Positions 52,951 through 64,000 of a stretch of DNA of 64,000 bases are shown here, one piece after another. This stretch comes from the human T2T-CHM13v2.0 reference genome, Homo sapiens. The number at the start of each line of letters is the position of its first letter. Within the stretch, counting starts at the first letter, position 1. The position numbers and the translations under genes were made by a program. Under the pieces are notes generated by a model. The model did not search any database. It had not been told where the DNA came from and saw nothing but the letters and a program-made list of their open reading frames with translations. Location of the stretch: NCBI RefSeq assembly GCF_009914755.1, contig NC_060937.1; one strand, 5' to 3'.

Positions 52951-55900
52951 TGGATTCTTCTTAAAGCAGTGATAGGAGCGAACAGAAACATTTTCATAAT
53001 TTTCAATTATTTTTAATGAAAACTATATCTGATGGAATTGTTTAAACCTAGTCTGGCCACACATTATTTCCTGGGACCGCCCCTCCTTCAATCCCTTGGA
53101 CACTGATGACTTTATGCCCAGATTACACTGGAGGCCTGTGCTGATTTTCTAACACATACCTGCAACTGAGCTGGCAAAAAGAAAACTAGGCAAGTATGAC
53201 AGATACATGATGCACAGGCTAAGTGCAAAGGAAAGAAAAACACCAACTGCAGGGATGAGGGACTCACCCCTTTAGAAGTTTCTACTTGAGCAGCTAGAAG
53301 ACTACAATGCCACTCATCAAAACAGTGACTCAGGGGGAGTATTTGGGATAAAGGAGGAATCTGATGTTGGAGGTCAAATTTGAAGTGTCTTTAAGACCTA
53401 CAGGTAACGAGACAGCTGGACAAACACATGGAACTCAGGACAAAGGCTCTAAGGACAGCACAGCAGCTGACATCCTGTGTGACAGCCTTGAAAGCAGCAG
53501 GCCCGCCGCTCACATTTTGGAAGGGAAAATGGGTACAATGTTGTCTGCCACTTTGGGGCCTTCTTGGGTCACATGCATTTTACATTTATGCAGTTGATAT
53601 ATTTATGTTTCCTGGGTCTTTTATACATTAGACACCATGATTCTCAATCCTTTGTTATTTTGTATTACAAAAAGCTGAATTATTATTTCAAATATGGGCA
53701 AATTAGAGCCTTCCATATTGCCAAGGTGTATCAACCACACTGATATCACGATCTCTCTTTTGAATTAGTTTTCCAGTTCACACCTACCATTTATTTCATG
53801 ATTGGTTTCAGACTTGTTCCTCCTGGAAACACTCCCTAACAAGCACCCTTGCAGGAATGAAGACACACCACACACATCTACCCCATTACTGCATGTACTC
53901 AAGAGTCAGCTTTTATATGATCTCTCCCAAGTGCTCCTATAATGGGGATCTTTCACTCACCCTAAAGTGAGGACAAAATACTTGAAAGCATGAGCCCAGT
54001 GCCTGTAGGTGTGCAATTAACCTCAGACCAAGGAAGTGCCGAACACATCTGGCTTTTAGCAAGGCACCTGACAAAGTCCTTCAGGATGTTTTTGTACATG
54101 AGCTAGAGAAATGTACCTGGAGAACAGCTTCTACTGCCAGATGATCTTACTCAAAAGATGCAGATTAAGCAAAATATCAACCCAAAGGGTGGTCCCTGAT
54201 GGCCCACCAGCCCTGTGCCTGGCTCGTTTCCTATGTTTCCTAGATTTGGTTTCAGACTTGCTCCTCCTGCAGACACTCCCTAACCAGCATCCTTGCAGAA
54301 AACTGGTGAACTAGAAAAGGCCTGTGTGGGTCACGTGGCCACCCAACACCACAGCAGTATCTAAGGTATGCGTGGGAGCCTGCACAGCAGGAGCGGGGTC
54401 TTCTGGAGACCCGCATGAGATGCAAAGGGCAGTGGACAAGGAGCCAAGGGAGGTGGCTCTAGTCACGCTGGTATGGTGCCAGCTTGAGGATGCTGGGCAA
54501 GTCCCGAGCCGTCTGCCTTCCTAGTACCACAGTTACCACTGTCTGTTACCTCGCGAGTTCAAGTGCTTCACGTGAGACAGCTACGAGACAGGCCCCTGGA
54601 AACTGGAAAATGCTAAGTAAATGTCATGCACAATTGTTGTTCACATTTTATCTCAATCACTTTTACCAAATCAGGCTAAACCCTGGGTATTCATAACGTC
54701 TTGGGCTGTACAAATTGTTCCTTGAAATGACTCAGAGACATTTTCTGAATTGGCTTCCATCAGCCAAGCATTTCTTCAGAACTGGAAAAATGCTTTAAAT
54801 TTGGCTTTGTCATGATTATTAAAACACTCTGTACATTTTTTATTATTGAAATTAACACATTGCCTACTTTTTAAAAATTGGAAAAAGAAAAAAGAAGAAA
54901 AAAGGCCTAAGTCTCAATACCTACACACTAACATTTTATTCATAATCCACCAGTTTTTATTAGGTTATTTTCAGCGTTTACACATTCATAAGAACTTTAA
55001 ATTAGATTTTTAGAAGCTGGTGGTAAATTGTAACTACAGGAGAGAATCTTCCCAAGAGGACTGTGGCTTATGGATTTATTCCCATCATAGGGGAAAACAT
55101 TCATAATAAAATAATTTGCTACTGTGATTTATTCAGCTGTTATTGGGAAGAAGTAATGACCCCTCCACATTCTGTGAAGCCTCTTGGAGGTTTCATGTGC
55201 TCTGACTCTTCATCAAAATTACATATACTTTTAGCAATTTTTAAAGAAGTGTACAAAGTTGAGATGTTTCCTGAGCTCTCATATATCTGAGAATGTCATT
55301 TTACATCTCCGTCTTCACCTCTCAAAACTTCTTTCAATTCTTTGGCTCTTAATAGTAATCAACACTTGCACTCTGGAGTCACTGTAATTCTTGCTCCTTT
55401 ACAGCTACGCCTGTTATTTCCAGCTGAATATTTTTAGTTATTTCCCAGGGTTCCAAAAAACAGCAATAAGTACTACACAAAGGGGGTGGGCCATAACCAG
55501 AAATGTTTGGGAAATACTGGCTCATGTATGCAATGCCAAATCTGGTTTGCGATTGTAGTGTTGCTCACATGCAGAGTGAATCTTCAGAGAATCCATGCAT
55601 TTTCCAAATATATTTAATAACAGGACCCTTCTGAGTTCCTGGTACACCAACTAACAGTTCCTGAGAAGTGTTCTTTCTGCAAAGCCCATCTTGGGATATG
55701 CCATATATTTTAATTAAACTCAAACTTTAAATTAAACTCAAATATTTTATTTAAACTCTCAAAAAAGCAGAATATATCTAGATGAGGTCTCTTTCCACTA
55801 TGTTTTAATCTGGAATTCAGAATTCTCTCTTTTGTTTGCTTTTTAAAAAACTGTGGTAAAATATACATAATATACCATTTACCATGGAGCAGAACCATTT

Positions 55901-56440
55901 GAATGTGTATAGTTCAGCGGCACTAAGGACATTCGCATTGTGTGTCACCATCAGGGATTCTTTCGAATTGCACAGCCATTCTTTCAGCTTAAAAATGGTT
56001 TCTTGAAATCAGTGATTAGCATTCACTCACCAGTACCCCTACTAAGGGGTAGGCACTGGTTTGTACTCCTGGGAATACAGGAGTACACCAGAATTTATTT
56101 CTGCTTATTGCTTTTGTTGCAAATGCCGTGGCTTCATCTGAGGAATTCTAGAATTCAGAGGGTGTAGCCCTCCACTCTGCTGTCTTGCTATCTGCTCTCA
56201 TTGCATCTGTTTAACCTGCATTCTGAAAGATGTTTCTCAGGTTTTTCCTTGACAATTTTCTTCTTTTCTGATTCTGACAATGTTTTAAATCATTGTACTG
56301 TGGTTATCATTTCTCTGCATTTATTTTACCCATCTTCCTTTGTAACTTGTCCTATTGTCTTTTAATTTCTGCCTGTTCTTTATGGCTTTCAACTTCATAA
56401 ATAACATGTTTTCTCAAATCTCTTTGTGAATTCCAGAGAG

Positions 56441-57147
<707 letters not shown>

Positions 57148-58654
57148 TTATGATTTTCCAGCATCTTCCAGGTCAAGTCTTCCTTTCCCTTTTCTGAAGA
57201 ATGCTTTTAAAAAGGCTCCACATAGACTTCTTTTTTTGGTTACTCACCTCTACAAAAAAGACCTGATAAAGATGCAGGGGTTTTGTCACTGTCGGTGCAC
57301 CTGGGTGCTGATGAAAGCACTTTTCAGATTTACCTGTAACTGATTTACCTGTAAATGTCTCCAAGTCTGTTTCCCAGAATGAGCTGGCATCTGTGTATTG
57401 CCAGTTTGTCAGGATAAGATCTCTTTTTAAGTTAGCTTGGATATTGTAAATAGGGTGAGACATAGAAACAGCAAGATTCCTCCCTGGGCACTGCACCAGA
57501 GCCCTTCCTCAAACCTTTGTCTCCGTTCCTCAGCTCTGCTTTGGGTACAGAGGAGACACCACTGCCAGGCTTGCCCGACTCCCTGCCCAAGGCTGTGTGA
57601 GCTGCAGTTTCCAAGTGCTGCTGTATAGAGAGAGAAGCTCCAATGGGGAGCAGCAGGGACAGGGACCCACTGCAGCACTCAGTCAAACGCAAAGCCCTAC
57701 TTGGGGTGCTGGCTGCTCTGCTTTCTGGTCAGTACCGATTTGGATTTCTAAGGGTGAGGAGGAGGTGGGAAAGCATGAAGGGTCGATCCCCCTTGCATCC
57801 AGGAGCACCTGGCACAGGCCGGCCACTGATGATGTTTCTCCATCCAGTCCCATCTCTGAGCATGAAGAAATTCCTCCAGATTCTGCAAATAGGTTGAATG
57901 TGTGTCCTAGTTTTGGGTATTTTGAATCTTTCCTTTCATCATTGGTCTTTGGTGAGAAGCAAGAAGAGGCTGTTAGCAGATGCCTTTTTAAACTGGAAAT
58001 TCATAATTTGGTTTTGACTTTAATGGTGGGAAAAACCCATTAAATAATTTATTTCCTGATATTAACCAAAATACAGTATGGTATGCAATACTGTAAAGCA
58101 AATGAGTTCCAGATAAAAACAGACATGGTCTGTTTCCTGATTCACCAGTTGCTTGACACTGGTATGTCACTTATTAATTGTACCTGCACTTACTCATTCT
58201 ACCTTCATTGCCAAGCCAGTCCTCTGTGTTCTGAGTCTATTTGCCTAAACATTCAGGAAAAAACAGTACAGATAATTACATGTATTTTGGAAACCACACT
58301 TGGTTTGTTGGTTGCCTGTAATTGACTATTTAAAGTGCATTTTCTAAGCCTACTTTAGATAGTGGTCTTAAGAAATGGTCATCATTCTTAAAAGAACTAT
58401 AAGTGTAACCTGTCTGAAGACTGCTTCAAACTCTGTCTTAAACAATTTTGCTTTTAGTTAATTATTTAATTAAACCAATTAAAGATCCATGGAAAGAGGG
58501 AAAAGCTCAACAGGAGAGTGGTTATACTAAGGAAATGCCCATACCCTCCATTTAACAATGCCATGTAGAAGTGTTGTTGTTACTAGGTCAGAGATTTCCA
58601 TGTGCTCAAATATTTGCCAAACAGGTGAAAAGCCAGAATAATTAAAACAAATTA

Positions 58655-58660
58655 TTTATT
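58655..58660 (-). terminator. MIPEP: Polyadenylation signal of MIPEP
   Basis: TTTATT on + (AATAAA on -) ~140 nt after the stop, followed by U-rich sequence on the minus strand. Confidence 0.75.
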
Positions 58661-58797
58661 CCAAGTTCTACCAGTTTAAAGTTTTTCAGAATTACAGAAG
58701 CGAACAATGAAATCAGAAACAAGCTCTCACAGCTGTAGCATTTATAACAAAGTCATTATCTACATGACCTTGATTTAAGAGGTGTAGAGTGTTTCTT

Positions 58798-58974
<177 letters not shown>

Positions 58975-59869
58975 CTAGAGGAACACTCTGGCTTTCTGAA
59001 TTAAGACTCTGGCTGTATAACCTGAATGCAAGAACATTTTATAAAGTCATGGGCAGTGTGTGGGCCTTGGAGCTATTTATAATTTTAATGTATTTTTACT
59101 ATCAAATCCATCCTTAGCTTAGAGATTTAGGCCTAAATATATTTCCTAAGGGCTATTATTTTTGCATATATGACTATACCCTTAGAGACTGATATTAGAA
59201 GACTGATTTTTTTTTAGTTATCTTTGACTGGGATGATTCACAATTTAACAAGTTTAATTACATATCAAGTTTTGTTATCAAGTTCTATACACTTTACAAT
59301 CAATTAGATGTTAATTCTTTTATAGAAATCTTATATCAGAATCAAGTTATTGGCTCTCCTCCAGATTTCCCTGTCCCAGAGAACTCCTAGCTTTGCAACT
59401 TAGTAACTGTGTAACGCAGAAGTCACTTAAAATCTCTGGCATCCAAATTTCCTACAAGGTTGCTATAAGGATCAAACAAGAAGATGTAGTAGAAGCAATG
59501 AAGCACCATGCCTAGCATATATTAAGAATTCAATAAAAAGCTGAATTCATGTCCTTTCTTCACTCTAAAGAAGCCAAAAACAAAGATTGATGCAATTAAC
59601 CTTATTGCTTTAACCTACATTCTTGGCAGGAAATGCTAACTGAAGGGTTGAACAGGCTCTATATACTGATATTTACTTTGGGAGATGAATTCTGTAAAAC
59701 CATTTTCAAAATCAAGGCATTAAAAGATTGCAGGAATCCTCTATTGTTCTCTGAACCTGTATTGCAATTCAGTGAACATGAAGGAAGCATCTGTTGTGTG
59801 TAAAGGATCAGGCCAGGTCATGGGCATACAGGTGGGCAGGCTCAGTCACAACATGAAGAGTGAGAGTAG

Positions 59870-61600
<1,731 letters not shown>

Positions 61601-62661
61601 AAAAGTAAACTGTAGATGCTAATAGCATACAAAGTGCAGTCAGTGTGGAGAACAGAAGAGAAAGATGAATTCCAATGAAGAGATTCAGCAGGTTTGTGGA
61701 GGAGATGGGATTGAGCAGAAACTTAACAGATTTGGGCCTTTTAGGTGGAGGAGACAATATAGGAAAGGCACAAACCTGGGGAAATGCACAATGTATGCTG
61801 ACCAAGAAGTGGTCTGGCGGGTAGAGTAAGGCTGGAAGAGACTCTGGGAGAGGAACATGAGAGGTCCCAGGGCTCTGAACCAGGGCAACCAACAGAAAAG
61901 GAAGGACAGACTGGGCTGGAATCCAGGAGGAGCAGGGTGGTGTGGAGACACAACCCTTGTCAAGTTTGAGGTGGAAGGGGACACTCCATGTGGAGACAGT
62001 GAGGACACAGAGCTCAGGGACAGCTTGGGGACTAGAGGTGCAGATGTGATCATCCCACCAGAAAGCACATGGGGTGGGAAATAGACCAAGGACTATCTAG
62101 ATGGTGGACATGAAAATACTTGGTCCAAACACATACTTGAAAGCCCTTAACTAGACCAGGGGTAGTTGAGAACAATACCAATATTGTTACAGTTTCAACT
62201 GTAGACTAAAATATTTTCACTGTCTATCTAATGTCTATCTAAATTCTAACAGCTCTATCTTAGGTACTATGTGAGGAATAATGGGCTGTTACTAGTTACT
62301 AGAAGAGAATGTCATTGCTGTGTCTATTTGTGCAATTAAAGTTCAAAACACAGTGTTCTTTTTTACAGTAAAATAATCTGCATGCATGAATGCAGGCCTT
62401 GCCTCTGGCCCAGCTGTGTCACTAAGGATAGAAACGCTGGGTATGTGATGATGGCTAAAGTAGCACAGTTGACAATCTATCATCTAGATATAGGTTATTA
62501 CTTAAGTAGACTGAATCTGATTATAAATCAGGTTTCATGCATTCCCTATGTGCCAGGTTTCTTGATACAGAGAACATTTGTAGGGAAAACATTTAATTAA
62601 GACATGGCTTTCCATAAAATGTGCTAGCCTATCACGCCATTTCTTCCTTTTTAATATTTGA

Positions 62662-63825
62662 GGGGTTGCCTCTCTCAGCTTTGGCGCCCTCCTCCTCTGT
62701 ACAGGGTAGCTTCTTCCTTCTCTTTTCCTTCTTGCTTATTGAACTCTCTGCTCCTTAAAACCACTCCACGTGTGTCCGTGTCCTTGTATCTAAGCTGGCA
62801 TGAGGACCAAAAACCCTGGTGCTCCACCACTCATCGGAGCCACATCATTTTGGTGCGTTGGCCGAGAAAGGAAATTCATTCATCAGACTGAGTCAAGGAA
62901 ACTTATTTTAAACTATTTATGGCCTTTAATAATTGAGTAAGGTGTACTCCTATGAACAAAATTTGAAGCATGTTTATTTCTCTGCCTGGTTCCTCTAGAA
63001 TTTGGAAATTATCTGTCTGGAAGCTCTGAGTTTATCTTGGGACCTCAAGAGGAGAGGATCACCCAACTCACAGCAATCAAACTCCAAATGGTGCTATAAA
63101 CTGAACCACACATGGACACGTCAGTCTTCCGAGGACCCTTAGATCAACCCCAGGAGGAGCCCTAGCTGCTGTTCCCCATTCGACGCCCCTTTCCAGCAGG
63201 AAGTAGCCAGAAGACATCGTCGCCCAAACCTCTAACAGCAGTTAGTGCGGCATCTCCACAGGGGGGAATGTTGTAGGAGTTATTGATAAATTATTTTAGG
63301 CAGATAGAGAGGAAAAGGGGTCCTTAGGAAGTTTTTGTTTTTTAAAGCACGTCTGGAAAAGTTTCTTGTAAAGCTCCAGCTCTTAAAGCCAGGCCAGTTA
63401 CCCGATATCCAAATGCCAGCCATTAGAAAGTGGGTCCACCCAAACATGGCGATTCCTGTGGACTTCTTGCCCTTTCCCCACATTCCTGGATACATGGACA
63501 CCCCGAAGTATCCCCACCTGTGTAGAAGATCATGGTGCCCTGCATTTGCATATTAAAAGGCTAGGGTGGGAGAGCCAGCTTTTCCTGCGGGCTACGTGAA
63601 TGACATGCCTAGTCAAACCAATCCCCTGAGCCTGTGCAAATCAGACACTGCCTCCTCCAGCCTCTGTATATATACCTAGCTGGTATCTGTGGCAGGTGGG
63701 GTTCCCTCTCTTGGCTTTGGAGCCCCCCTTCCTCTGTCTCTGTACAGGGGAGCTTCTTCCTTCTCCCTTCCCTCTTGCTTCTTCTTGCCTATTAAACTCT
63801 CTCTGCTCCTTAAAAATAAAAAAAA
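62662..63825 (+). mobile_element. Processed (L1-retroposed), spliced copy of a MER4-group ERV1 RNA (MER61/MER83-like LTR): R-U5-PBS-spliced internal-PPT-U3-R-poly(A)
   Basis: 5' end lacks U3; PBS TGGTGCGTTGGCCGAGAA (62851-68, tRNA-Gly 3' complement); PPT GGGGGGAA then TG at 63269; ATTAAA 63791-96 then A-tail 63812-25 with no U5; TSD ATATTTGA (62654-61, 63828-35). Confidence 0.8.
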
Positions 63826-64000
63826 CTATATTTGAAACATTTCTATAATTACATGACTGGTCGTTTATAACTAAATGACTGGAATTCTCAGAAGAGAAAG
63901 CCATTTATTCAGAGCCAAGCTATTCAGGTAAGTATGGCTATCCTGTTCTTTGAAGTGGTTCACTTCAACTCAACAAACTGCCAATATAAATATGACCTTG

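Noticed and set aside
54830-55760. Several minus-strand AATAAA hexamers as distal MIPEP polyA sites
   Set aside because: AT-rich context makes them expected by chance; cannot be supported without 3'-end data

Overview
This is primate, almost certainly human, euchromatin. I recognise it as the 13q12.12 interval between two convergent genes. TNFRSF19 (TROY) ends on the + strand: the terminal exon from 1832 encodes only Glu-Ala-stop, and the ~2.7 kb 3'UTR has AATAAA at 4528. MIPEP ends on the - strand: its last coding exon is 58895-58798 (..[31 protein letters not shown]), and its last intron runs to the window end. The ~54 kb between them is mostly transposon-derived: a solo LTR12, a two-LTR MER41A provirus nested in an older LTR, a third MER41A LTR, Tigger1, Tigger3b, MER63, MaLR/MLT2 LTRs, L1/L2/MIR/CR1 remnants and more than 20 Alus. 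There is also an orphan CpG island at ~23.5-24.9 kb. Nearly all ORFs in the supplied track are repeat-derived noise. Two structures stand out. (1) At 62.65-63.84 kb is an L1-type retrocopy of a multiply spliced ERV RNA (R-U5...U3-R-polyA plus TSD). Two of its exon junctions align with GT/AG sites visible in the unspliced MER41 internal region in this same window. (2) At 43.25-43.81 kb is a mirror-image bidirectional CCAAT/TATA promoter (octamer on one arm) facing two inverted BAGE-exon-1-like (probably ACRO1-related) units, with a spliceable BAGE-exon-2-like segment at 44907-45067. Gene and repeat family names come from recall of consensus sequences, not database searches, and repeat boundaries are approximate.
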